From Octopus bimaculoides (Eukaryota): a DNA stretch of 64,000 nt. The stretch covers positions 7,365,174 to 7,429,173 of the forward strand of contig NC_068991.1 in assembly GCF_001194135.2 (NCBI RefSeq). The letters are read 5' to 3'. Position numbers and translations under genes: made by a program. The notes below the pieces were generated by a model, which was not told the origin of the DNA, did not search any database, and saw nothing but the letters and a program-made list of their open reading frames with translations. Shown here one piece after another: positions 1 to 12,760 of the stretch (its first letter is position 1; every line of letters starts with the position of its first letter).

Positions 1-405
1 CTCCTCTATTTGATAGTTTCTTATTCTGGAGAAACAGAATGCATATTGCTTCATTGGATTGATGCAAATGACCAAAAAAATAGAATTGTATCTTAAAGCT
101 TTTCTCTCGGGAATTTGATAGGAAAAACACATCTGCAACCATGTCTAAAACAGGTCACCTTAACTGCACTTAGCTGTCAACCAAACAATGCAATTTGATG
201 AGAACTTACAAGAAACAAGCAAATAGACTGAGTTGCTTTCCCTCGAATCAGAAAATATCAACCTAAATTTATGGCATGCTACAAACTACAGTTAATACCA
301 GTCACATTCACGGTTAACTCAACAGTAAAAGTTACAAATATTACATATATAATTACAAACATGTTTTTCTTCAAAAATAGTCAAATAGATTTAAAATTAA
401 ATTAC

Positions 406-3400
406 CTTTAATCGGGGAAGAAGCTCTGATGAAGCTAAACACAAAAAGAAATATAATCTACATATAAATGATATAAGGAAATAGTTCATGACATAGCAAC
501 AATACAAGCGACTAAATGATAACTATATAAGCTCACATGTAACTTATAGTTACATGTCCATACATAGCTAACTATACTTATAAATTGGTAACTCCGCTTC
601 ACTAATGTAATACTTGTAGACTATTTTTGAAAAATACAATGGAGACATAGTCATTTAATACAACAAATAATACCATAAATACAGAAAGTGAAACATGATA
701 GATAATTACTCATAAATATTCATGAATAAATTGTACGCCTAATTAGTATTTATTTTTGTACATTTTTTTTCTTCTTCATAGTTTCACATCCCAGTTATTT
801 TTCAGTTAAAATCAAGTATAAAATATTGTGGCTTATATGGTAATACTTTAGATTTATGAAACAATGTACATACCTTACTTTCATAGACAGATTTCTTTAT
901 ATCTGAACACTAACATTTTTTTTCTTGAAATACATATACTTTGAGCATTTCTTTTAACATTGGATATATTATTGGCATTATTCCATGGCAACATAAAAAG
1001 CACTGGTGATGGTACCATGTAAAAAGCAGCCAGTACACTCTGTAAAGTGATTGGCATTAGGAAAGGCATTCGGTTGTAGAAACCAAGCCAAAACAGACTG
1101 TGGATTCTAGCCAAAACAGACTGTGGATTCTAGCCAAAACTGTGCTGGTGCCATGTAAAAAGCACTCAGTTCACTCTGTAGTGTGGTTGGTGTTAGAAAG
1201 GGCATCCAGCCATATAAACCATATCAAAACAGACACAGTAGCCTGGTGTCTTCACCCTGGCTGGCTCCTATCAAACCATCCAACCCATGCCAGTATGGAA
1301 GACAGACATTAAACAATGATGATGATGATCGGTGGCACGTAAAAGCACCCACTACACTCTTGGAGTGGTTGGCGTTAGGAAGGGCATCCAGCTGTAGAAA
1401 CTCTGCCAAATCAGATTGGAGCCTGATACAGCCATCTGGTTCGCCAGTCCTCAGTCAAATCGTCCAACCCATGCTAGCATGGAAAGTGGATGTTAAACGA
1501 TGATGATGATAATATATAAAGAAATACATTACTAATTACTTTGATTTGTCTTGGGTTTTGACTCTTCCTCATTCATTTTTTCCTGCCTCATTTGTTCGTT
1601 TAGATATTCTTGTTCTTCAGCCAATAATTTAGAACCTTCTTTCTGTAAACGTTCAATCTGCAAAACAATACAGGAAAAAAATTGAATCATCAGTTTAAGG
1701 TTCATAACAAATATCTATCATTCTTCATTTTTTAATCAAATTCATTCAGGTGCTGTTAGTCTTCTTAATTTTCACAATTCACATTCATAAATCAAAATAT
1801 TTCTAGTAATCAAACAAAACTTTCATATAAGTCAGCATCAAATCAGCAATGCAAAATGTCTCATCATATCCAGCAAAATCATCTTCCTCATTTTATTACT
1901 GTGTAAAGGCTATTTATTTAAAAGCCTATTTTTGATGTCCAATTTCCCATTACCCACCAATAAATAAAGAGGTTACAATAGTTTTTAGGAAAAAAGTCAT
2001 ATTCCTCACCTCAGCTTGTAAATTTATATACGACGCTGCTTCTTTAGCTCTTTGTTGCTCATAGGCATTTTCTCGGGCTTCTAAGTCTTGAAAATATAAA
2101 AAATATGGAACTTTACGTTGATGACAAGAATAAATGTTTAATATTTTGGAATGATTTTTCTCCTTTTATTCTGGGGCAGTTGTTTAACCTCTTAGCATTA
2201 ACATTACTTTGTTAAAATTAATGCTTTTTTTTTTTTATTCACATTGTTTTAAATTAATCATGCATTATCTTACAGCTTTGAGATTTTGATGAGAATTTAA
2301 CATAGAATTTACAATGATTATTAAGCAATAACTTTAAAAGCCAACCACTATATACAACATGTTAATTATTAACTAAGCATTCAAAACAAATCTAATATAT
2401 TCATTTAGATTGCAAGCTATCAAATATGAATGAAACCCTAAATAGTCCAAAAATATAACAATGATTTCTGATCATAGCAGCCTACTATTTGACAGGTGCA
2501 AGTGTGGGTGTGTGGTTAAGGAGCTTGTTACCAATCATGCAGTCTTGGGTTCAGTCCTACTGTGTGGTACATTGGGCAAGTATCCTCTAATATATGTCAG
2601 ATTATGAGAGGTTAGAGTATGATAGAGAGGCAGGTACAGATACATGTTACACGTTAAAATACATATGTTTTTATATAACAAAGTATAAGACATCAGTTTA
2701 AAACTATTTACCTTCTTTGAGTTTTCTCCGTTTACTATCAAGTTCTTTATTTCTTACTATGGCAGCTTTTTTAGCTCGCCATATCTTGTCATACGCTGCC
2801 TGATAGAAAATATTTTATATATTTAATTGTGAAATAAAATAGTCATTCAAGTATAAAAACATAAAAAATCAAAAGCATATTTATAAACAATAAGATGAAA
2901 CACTGAACAGTTGTCTTTTCAATCATGTTACCCACACTATATAGATATGTGTGTGTCAGTTGATACATCCATCTCTCTCTCTCTCTCTCTATACATTCAC
3001 ATGTTGCTATTATGTTAAACTGTCATATGCCCAAATGTTTTTTTCAATATTTATTTTTGCTTGCATTAGCCGGTTCTTTTGGTGAAACTATTATCTCCAG
3101 TTGCTTCAGATGCCAAGATATCAAAAATTGTCAAGGTGTAGTACAATGGTTTTGCTATTTTCCCTCTGCCAAGAGCCACTCAGGAATGATGGGCTGAGAA
3201 AATGGATGGATGGAATTCTCACTATGTCACCAACATCATCATCATTTAACGTCTGCTTTCCATGTTGGCATGAGTTTGACGGTTTGACTGAGGACTGGCA
3301 AGCCAGGGGCTTGCACTAGGCTCCAATCTGATCTGGCAAAGTTTCTACATCTGGATGCCCTTCCTAACGCCAACAACTCAGAGTGTAGTGGTTGCCTTTA

Positions 3401-5472
3401 ACATGCCACTGGCACGAGGGCCAGTCAGGCGATACTGGCATTGACCACACTCAAATGATGCCTTTTACATGCCACCAGCATGAGAACCAGTCAGGCGGCA
3501 CTGGCACGGGAGCCAATCAGTTTTGCACAAACACACTGAAAACTTACCTTTGCTGATGTATCGGTTAAAACTTCAAGAGCCTTGGATAACTGCTGAAACT
3601 CTAGTGCTAGAATATAAGAAGAGAAAGAAAAAAAAAAATCACAGTAATATTGATTTCAAATTTTGGCACAAAGCCAGCAATTTTGGGGAAGTGGGTAAGT
3701 TGATTCCATCAACTCCAGTGTTCAGCTGGTACTTACTTTATCAACCCCAAAAGGATGAAAGGCAAAGTAGACCTCAACAGAATTTGAACTCAGAACATCA
3801 AAATGAATGAAATGCTACGAAGCATTTTGCCAGGCATGCTAATGATTCTGTCAACCTGCTTCCTCAGCCATCACATATTAGGAATTTCTTGTTCTTGAAA
3901 TATTTTCATTTGTGTTAGCAGAAGTTGTATGCTCCTGTTAACTTAGACATTTGTGCTATTGTTTTATGTTAAATGAGAATAGCATCTATGGATGATTAGT
4001 AGAGTGCTTACTAAAACGTATTTGATCTGCTTGAAATAGCATCTAAATCTCTCTCCATGCCATACTGTCTTAAATAAGGACGACTAAAGTGGAGAAAGTA
4101 ATCTGATGAACAAAAAGAGAGGATGGTCACAGCTAGAAAGGCTCCGATTGATCAAGGTAGACCTGGAGCTAAACAACAATTTATCCATCAAAAAAGCACC
4201 AATCTCAGGTTGTATCAGATTATTGATTTATTCTTCTCATCCTTAAACGAATGACCACTTTCCTGTTGCAGTAAGAGCTATCATAATGAAATCCTTTGAG
4301 AGACTGGCTTTGGCAAGCAAAAAATCCTTGCTGTCAATTTACCTATTGTGTAAATAAGTCTGCTGATGGTGCAATCTCAAAAATTTTCTGCTCTGCACTG
4401 AGCTAGGAACACACATATTAGATTACTGTTTGATAACATCAGTTTAGAATCCAATACTGTTGTGTCCACTGAGTCAGCAATAGGTTATTTTTACATAACC
4501 ACAACCAACTATTTATTTGTGTAATAATATTTTACACCAGACGTGTATATCCACGTCATAACAGTTTGTTATTTTAAAATGTATAAATCATTATTACAAT
4601 TTGGACTACAAAGAATTTTTCCAAATGGATTTCTCACCTGCATTTGCATTGTCTGGATTTTTATCAGGATGGCATTTCAGAGCTTTTTTTCTGTACGCTG
4701 AAATAATCTGGGGGGAAAAATAAAAGAACAAATAAACGTTATGTACAAGTAAAATTCCATTCAAACCTTTATTGCTTGTCGGTCTTCCTCTGAAACTTAG
4801 TTTAGTCATATTTATTAAAAGAGTCACTCTTTAACTTGAAATATCGGTAAATCTTACCAATTAACGCAATATTTATAACAATTAAGTCTGAAAACAATGT
4901 TTAAAAAGGAGCGAAACTTGACTGGCGCCATCCTTTCTTTGCACCAAACATTATCCACTATTTCTTTCCATCACAGATCCACTTTAAAAAATACTTTATT
5001 AAAACCCGAAACAAAAAAGTAAACATCTTCTCTGATTGTATAATCCAGTAAGACTACATACAAGTTCAAAATCCTTGCTACTAATACCGCATTTTGTCGA
5101 TAAGCTGGAACATTTAAATTTGAATTCGAAGGTTGTAAATATTTTCGCAAACTTCCTCAGTTTCAAGCTAAAATATTAGCAAATCGCTCCATAGAGCTAA
5201 GGTTACCAAATAATAGAAGATTGACCAAATATTTCATTTAAGTTTATCCGGGAAGTGAAAGTAATATCGTAAATGTTTATAATTTCCGTTATTCCTTCTA
5301 ATTATTCCCGATATGAATGGAACTGCAAATGACATTTGTTTACTATTTCCCCTCAAATCGTACAATTTCTGTAGACAGGTTAAGAATAAAGCCATACCTC
5401 TTTCTTAGTGGCTGTTTCATCTATTTGAAGGAGTGAATATAGATCTAATTTTGTAATATCGCTTGCTGCCAT
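406..5472 (-). CDS. DNAJC17: DnaJ homolog subfamily C member 17, 5' part. Exons (minus): 5398-5472, 4638-4707, 3548-3606, 2712-2799, 2010-2086, 1540-1657, 406-434. Gene continues beyond window start.
   Basis: Hand-spliced translation MAASDITKLDLYSLLQIDETATKKE|IISAYRKKALKCHPDKNPDNANA|ALEFQQLSKALEVLTDTSAK|AAYDKIWRAKKAAIVRNKELDSKRRKLKE|DLEARENAYEQQRAKEAASYINLQAE|IERLQKEGSKLLAEEQEYLNEQMRQ...|TSSELLPRLK. J-domain with HPD motif followed by coiled coil, matching the DNAJC17 pattern as recalled. All introns are GT-AG with consistent phases. Confidence 0.92.
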
Positions 5473-5769
5473 GGTTTGTAGTAAAATATTTGTTATTGTT
5501 GCATTAAAAGAAGACAAATGAATGAAAAATCGAAAGTTCCGGGAAAGCTACATGAAAGGGAGATAATAATATTTCAGCGAGAGTTGCGTAAATTATAATT
5601 TAATTTCATTCAAATTTTCGTCATGAATACATTTAATTTAATTTTATAAATAATAAAACGAATTATAAAATATAAATTTTTAAAAGAGAAGTAAAAAATA
5701 AACGATTTATAGTGATTTTTTTTGGCAGAGCCTCGTTTTCATATGAAAGTCTCACACGTGCCAACGACG

Positions 5770-5806
5770 TCTCTTCCTTTTAGTCGTACGGTGCTCCGTC
5801 GGGCAG
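5770..5806 (+). promoter_or_regulatory. TCT/5'TOP-type start and non-coding first exon of RPL9
   Basis: Pyrimidine tract tctcttcctttt at 5770-5781 (TCT initiator typical of ribosomal protein genes), donor CAG|GTAGGT at 5806/5807, acceptor ttttag ending 6697, 11 nt before the ATG at 6709. Confidence 0.75.
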
Positions 5807-6394
5807 GTAGGTGCAATCATCTCACATCAATTTTTATTTAAATTCGTTAATTACTTCATATTATTGTCAATTTTTCTTATTCCGTAATGTTGGTAACGTA
5901 TGGTAGATTTTATTAAAGCTGTGTAAGTAGCCACAATCCTGCTAAATATTGAGTTATTACTGTTTCAAAGTTTAATCACTCCACGAAATTCCATGTGCGC
6001 CATTTTATATTGCTAATTCACAGAAAAAGAATTTGATTACAATTTTGTTAAAGATGTTACTATATTTTCTTCAGTGATGTGTCGTATGTTGATAATCGGT
6101 TTGTCTTTTATAAAATGTGGCTTGAACAGGCAAGTTTTAAAAACTGTAAGCAGTTAATTAAACTCGACTTCGTCTGTTGCTTCTTCCAATCTTACATCTA
6201 ATAATAAATGTGTCCTGCCTGACACTCATAATTCGTGCAAATCTCAATTGACCTGCATGAACTCTATGCTGTGTGATATTTCCCACGGATATTACCATTT
6301 AACTTTCTTTCGTTGTCAACCTCTTGAATTATTGCAAAACTTTATTTTGATCGATATTCAGTTTGGATAGTACCGTTTTTTTATTTTTGCCTAT

Positions 6395-6574
6395 TTAACC
6401 CTTTCGTTACTGTATTTATTTTGAGATCCTCTGTGTTTATCATTAAGCCAGTGTTAGGAACATAAATTGTGACTAAGGTTTGGTGGAAGATTTTAATTCA
6501 GAGCTTCTGAAAACAAGACATTTATAATACAGAACCAGAGCCAGTTTCAGCCAGGTTGGTCACGAAAGGGTTAA
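6395..6574. mobile_element. piggyBac-like MITE (TTAA target site, CCCTTT termini) in the RPL9 5' UTR intron
   Basis: TTAA-ccctttcgttac ... gtcacgaaaggg-TTAA (11/12 terminal inverted repeat match). Interior is the reverse complement of the copy at 42440-42666. Confidence 0.75.
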
Positions 6575-6708
6575 ACACAAAATGAGTTGATGACAGTATA
6601 ATTACTAGTTAGATTTTAATTTTAATTAATATCAATTAATCATACGATAATATATTTTGTGGTTGCTTTTATTGTTTTGTTTTTCATTCTATTTTAGAAT
6701 AAATAAAA

Positions 6709-7272
6709 ATGAAGACGATTTACGCTGACCAAACTGTGAACGTGCCGGAGGGAGTGACAGTAAAAGTTAGTTCAAGGCGTGTAACAGTTACTGGTCCTCG
6801 CGGAACCCTGTATCGCAACTTCCGACACCTTTTCATCACAATTACTCTGCCTAGGAAGAACCTCGTCAAAGTCGAAAAATACTTCGGTAAGAGGAAAGAA
6901 TTGGCCGCTGTGCGCACTGTTTGCACTCATATTGAAAATATGATCAAAGGTGTTACTAAAGGGTTCCGTTACAAGATGAGGTCTGTCTATGCCCATTTCC
7001 CAATTAACGTTGTGGTATTGAATAATGGTAATGCCGTTGAAATAAGAAATTTCCTTGGAGAGAAATTTGCCCGGCATGTGGAAATGTTACCTGGTGTTCT
7101 CTTTTCCGTATCGACGGCGCAAAAGGATGAATTCGTCTTAGAAGGAAATGATATCGAGTTGGTTTCCAGATCAGCTGCCCTCATCCAACAGTCAACATCA
7201 GTGAAAGAAAAAGATATAAGAAAGTTCTTGGATGGCATTTATGTTTCCGAGAAAGGTACAATACAGGAATAA
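6709..7272 (+). CDS. RPL9: 60S ribosomal protein L9 (uL6), single coding exon, 187 aa
   Basis: Intact [19 protein letters not shown]...[12 protein letters not shown]...RNFLGEK...[17 protein letters not shown] with the diagnostic RPL9 motifs. AATAAA at 7268 and near 7332. Confidence 0.97.
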
Positions 7273-9950
7273 ATAATGTTGGACAGTGTGAACACGAACT
7301 TTAACAGAACGTTTCAAACATTGTCTGATGAAATAAAGTGGAGTGAACTATCTTTAATAATATGTGCGTTCTTTTCATTCCAATGTGCTATTTCTATATG
7401 GCATATTTCATAGATAAATACAGATGTTAATTTATTTTTTGTCTTTTTATCCATATTGTTGACTTGAAGTTTTCGATGCAACTGAGAAGATCTCAGTTGC
7501 ATCCTCTATTTAGTAATGATTGTGTATAGTTATTGTTTTGGTTAATTTCAGTTGTAAACAATCTATACGGCTTTTAACTATGTTATTGATATATTCTGGG
7601 TAATGAAACCAGATCTTAAAAACGCTGTAATGCAAGCAAAATGTCCCTCTCAGATATAGACTTTTTAGATGGTTTCAAGCTGGTATGTAGACAATATTAG
7701 AATGTGTGGTTCTAACTACAGAAGTTAAATAGGATTCCACTTGGTAAAAATGGAAATCCTTTGTATATTCTGTTGCTTATCTTGGAAGTTTTGTTACATC
7801 GATGCCAATTTGGCTTACAAGTTATTGATCAACTCAAGATGATTGTGGAAGACACTTGTACAGTGGAACTGAATATATAGAGTTTGGCTTTCAGTGATGG
7901 ATATAAATATTGGTGAGAAAATAGGGAGGGAAGGTGCTTAGTGCACAAATTCTCTTGATATTTGATCTGCATTAGGTTAGCTACTGCTTGAATTGCACTG
8001 AACTATGATATATCTTAACCTGATGTTCTCGTACTTCTGTTATTAAACTAGAGTTCTGGATTCTACATGTGCATGATCTTAAAATTTGTATCATGCATGT
8101 AACTACCTGCATATTTTGCATTCTGTCACGGGTTGAATGGTTTCTCCAGGATCCAGCAAGTTACAGGTTTGTATAGAGATCAAGTGTCAGCTTCTACAGC
8201 CGGATGCCTTTCCCAACAGCAAACAAATGACACTAAGCTTGTTATTAAGGAGCATTGGGGAAACTATTTTCATCTTGTGGTCAGTGCAACACTTGTACTA
8301 GAGTAGTTGCTATGAACTGTTGACTAATAGGAAGTTTAATAAATGTTTCCTGCTTCTACAGAAATGAAGTTGGACCACCTTATAAGTAATAATGCACTAT
8401 AAAGGTTTTCTTTGCATATGTGACACTAAATTGTCGTGTCCTTTATGCCATCAAGTACAATAATTTAAATTCTCCAATATCATTTGCCTTCATGTTTATA
8501 CTCTACACTAATATGTTGATCCTATTGTTAATCACTTTCACATTCCATTTTCCTACATATAAACATGGTTAATTTCAGACAGGCCTGTCCAAATCGAATT
8601 GAGGGCCGCTTGTGTACTTTCTGCACTAATGGTCAAATAATCAAATTACTGAATCAAGAATTTTTCGTTTACTCTTTTCAGTCATTTGACTGCGGCTGTG
8701 CTGCAGCACCACCTCTAGTTGAGCAAATCGACCCCAGGACTTGTTTGTTAATTATAAAATTGTTGGCTATTGTTTTATTACCACTTTGAGTATACCTTTA
8801 TCTTTTGTTTCAGTCAATGGACAGTGACTATCCTGGGGCACTGCATTGAAGGGTTTTAAGGTCTGGTACTTAGTCTATCAATTGCTTTTGCCAAACTGTT
8901 AAGTTATTGGGACATTAATAATGAACTTCTGTGTACCAAATTCACTCACAAGGCAGCCTGGAGCTTAAGTTGACACTTGCCCAAGGTGCCATATTGTGAG
9001 ACTGAACCAAGAACCACATTGGAAAGTGAGCTTAACCACACATTCATGCTTGCACGTAATAGTGCTGAACAGTTCTGGTTGAGTGGAGACCATTCTCCTT
9101 TATCTTTTTAGAATGCATTATCCACTATGCCTTTTTTTCTCTTTAAGGTGAGACCTGAGGTAATTTTTGGCTGCTATTTCCAGCCATTTGAGAAGTCATA
9201 CCTCAGGTCTTTGTTACCAGTGGTTCATGTTCTAGAACTGGAAAGATGCAGATATTAGGAGAAACATGCAAATTCATGTGTCATTTGTCTTAAAGCTATT
9301 TATATCCATGGTTTAATGATTGCATGGGTCAGACATTTGTTGAGGCAAGTTCTCCTATGGCCAGGTGCTCATCTGTCACCAGCCTTCCTCTTTCCGAGCA
9401 AGGTAATAATTCCTCATGTTTTTGATGGAAGACCAGAAACAAACGTTTCACTTGTATGATGATGCTCATTTGTAACAATCACATAATCAAGACAAGATTA
9501 TATGCAAACAGACGTATCTATGGCAAGTTTTTTCAGTTTCTATTTTATAAGACTTGTTGCAAGGTACCATGCAGTGGGACTGAACATTCTTCTTAGACAC
9601 ATAGCCATACATGTATCCTACAAGTTCTTAATTTTCTAACAAGGTGGAATTTTCTTTCCTTTAATGTAGTCTGATACTTTCTGGTGTTTTTTGCACATTA
9701 TTTCTTTGGAATATTCACAATGGCATGAACCATATATGTGTAGGTACCGTCTCATGGTAATCTCAAGTTTTTTGATTAGTGTTCAGATGAAGGAGCCATA
9801 AAATAGTACACATATGCTGGTTCCTTTTCAGATTCTCTGAGAGGTTAGATTTTCATATTTTACTGCAACTTCTGTCACCCAAGCTTAGCTTTTGCCTCTA
9901 TAGCTACTTCTGTTGCTCCTGAGGTATTCTATTGTAATTATTTCAGTCAG

Positions 9951-9984
<34 letters not shown>

Positions 9985-11764
9985 GTATACGACAGGCTTC
10001 TTTCAGTTTCCGTCTACTGAATCAGCTCACAAGGCTTTGGTCAGCCTGAGGCTATAGTAGAAGACACTTCCCAAGGTGCCTCAAGACATTAACTTGCTTC
10101 CAGATAATGATTCACTTGTTTCTTCCAAACTTAAGGAATTCCATTTTTCTAGCAGTGGTATAGAGGCCAATGACATCTTCCAGACTGAAGTAAGGTATTG
10201 ATATAACCGTCACATAGCCTTTAGGCAAAGGGTACACACACTACAAGAATAGATGCAAGCGCTAATTTATAAAAACCTGTTAAATGTACAACCATCCAGA
10301 TATCTGAGTACCTTATTATTTTTTCTAATATATACTTCCTGTACATCACCTCCAAACCTTCTAGGAGTGACCACAAGCGCAAGTATGGTTGTGTATTAAG
10401 AAGTTTGCTTCTGGGCTCAGTCCCACTGCATGACATCTTGGCGCAGTGAGACTGAACCTGAAATCACATGGTTACAAAGCAAGCTCCTAAAACGTACGAG
10501 GGGAGGGGCGAATTGGACTTCCTGGGAAGGCCTGAGGAGAGGGTGAGTGGGACTTCCTGNNNNNNNNNNNNNNNNNNNNNNNNNNNNNNNNNNNNNNNNN
10601 NNNNNNNNNNNNNNNNNNNNNNNNNNNNNNNNNNNNNNNNNNNNNNNNNNNNNNNNNNNNNNNNNNNNNNNNNNNNNNNNNNNNNNNNNNNNNNNNNNNN
10701 NNNNNNNNNNNNNNNNNNNNNNNNNNNNNNNNNNNNNNNNNNNNNNNNNNNNNNNNNNNNNNNNNNNNNNNNNNNNNNNNNNNNNNNNNNNNNNNNNNNN
10801 NNNNNNNNGATTAAAAAAAAAATAACTTACCAGTGTTCCCTTCATCATATACACAGTCATCACATTCAGTTAAAATGGCTTGCTAATGTTTCTCTTTTTT
10901 TCCTTGATGAGAAGATCGCATTGTTTTACATCATTTTATTCCCTCTGGAATAACACTTATGTTTTCTTTGAATCATATGTTGGAAGTATAAAGATTTGAA
11001 TAACACCTGCATTTAACTTCATTTCTTTATTTATCTGTTATACAAAAACATTTCACTAAACCCTGGAATGTCTACCTTTTAAGTAGGCTGTTACATCCTT
11101 GGTACTTATGTGAATTTTTTGTTACCCTGGTAAATATTTTTTTTTTTTTTTTTTCCGTGTTATTAGTATACATTGAAAAAATACACATACATTTATATAT
11201 ATATATTTATAGTTAATTAAAAAATCATATATCAGAAAGAAGCACACTCTAAAAAATAGAGCAGTAATTATTACAAAATTTTATATAGACCCAAGGTTTC
11301 GTACACACAAAACCAAGCCTTGTGGGCAGCTTGTCTCTTTGACTCTTTGTGGGTGCAAAACCTTGGGTAACTCTATAATAAAATTTTGTTGTAATATATA
11401 TATATATACACACACATAGTGAAGGCTCATGGCTTAATGGTTAAGGTATTTGACACAATTGTAAGGTCACGAGTTCAATTCCCAGCAGTGTATTGTGTCC
11501 TTGAGCAAGGCACTTTATTTCACATTCCACTCAACTGACAAAAATGAGTAGTGTCTGTATACCAAAGGGTGAGCCTTTTCAAATTCTGTCACGATGAGTC
11601 TCCCTCAGAACTAAGTTAATGGTGTATATGTCTGTGGTGTACTCAGCCACTTGCATATTAATTTTATAAGTAAGCTGTTCCGTTGATCGGATCAACTGAA
11701 ACCCTTGTCATCCTGACTGACAGGATGCCCTATACACATACCCATTGTGCTTCCCAAATCTCAT

Positions 11765-12760
11765 TTTTGCTGACATGGGCAGGTCTCCTCGAGAATCACA
11801 TATGGTCTGTCACCCAGGTCCTTTGTCATCTCTCCTCTGTGAGATTTGAGATCAACCTTCACTATTTTTCCCATGTTTTCTTGGAACTCCCACTCTTGCA
11901 AGCTTCATCCACATTAAGTGGTTGGCACTTCTCTATAAAATGCCCACATCTATAGATAGGCATCATGTGTCCATACCAGAGTTTTTCTCTCAACACATTT
12001 GTACTTTGTTTCTCATGCACGCTTACTTATGCTACACATACTAACTTTATTTCTTTCCAGTCTGCTCAACTCATTTGCATTTAAGGTCCATGTTTCACTG
12101 CCATGCAGCATCACATTTCTAACACAAGTATCATGCAATCTGTTCTTCACTCTGAAAGAAAAAAGTCTTTGTTGCTAAAAATAGTCATAACTCCCCTAAC
12201 TTATTCGAACCTGTTATTACATCTAGGAAATAAAAGCTATTGACTACTTCTAATGAACCATCTCAGTTAAGAGCATCTATTTCTGATCTGCTCATAGTAC
12301 ATGTTGCTCCAGCATGTCATAAATGGCACTTTCTCTATTGGTCTAATTGCAATTCCACAACACTTCTCATGTGTCCATAACTTATATTAAGTACAGTACG
12401 TGGAGCTTATATCTACTTGTTTTCTACAAATCAAGTAAGACCATTCCCCTGAAGAGATCAAGGTCTTGTCTTCTTTCCTACTAAATAAAATCTTAGTCTT
12501 TGCTAAGTTTAGCTTGTATCCTTCAGAATGCTTTTAATCGTTGGGTCTCATCATCTGAGGTTACACAACTGAATTTCATGTTAGAGCTAATTGTATGACC
12601 AAAATGATTGAAAAATTTAATTGATTGACCTATTGAAAATATAGTGAATGACTATCAGAATGCTATCATCTTTAGTGTACAACATATCAATAGTTGATGT
12701 GTTGAACTCCCAAGGCAACAGCATTTCAGGTATATTTTTCAACAGATCAAGTAAGCTGAA
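11765..12760 (-). mobile_element. Degenerate RTE-clade LINE fragment (RT C-terminal region)
   Basis: Minus strand reads as a decayed version of the same peptide region as 55940-56430 (LWYGHM..., KKTW...). No intact ORF. Boundaries approximate. Confidence 0.55.

Noticed and set aside
1087-1140. 23-bp direct repeat (gccaaaacagactgtggattcta, 2.3 copies), superficially CRISPR-like
   Set aside because: No spacers, only about two units, inside a SINE: simple slippage duplication.
4858-4935. ATG-containing segment with donor TG|GTAAG in DNAJC17 intron 1
   Set aside because: Phase 2 donor is incompatible with the phase 0 next exon, and the true first exon at 5398-5472 is clearly homologous. It could at most be a non-coding alternative exon.
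5807-6697. snoRNA in the RPL9 intron (common in ribosomal protein genes)
   Set aside because: No convincing C/D box pair with terminal stem or H/ACA structure seen by eye. An Rfam/snoscan run would be needed.
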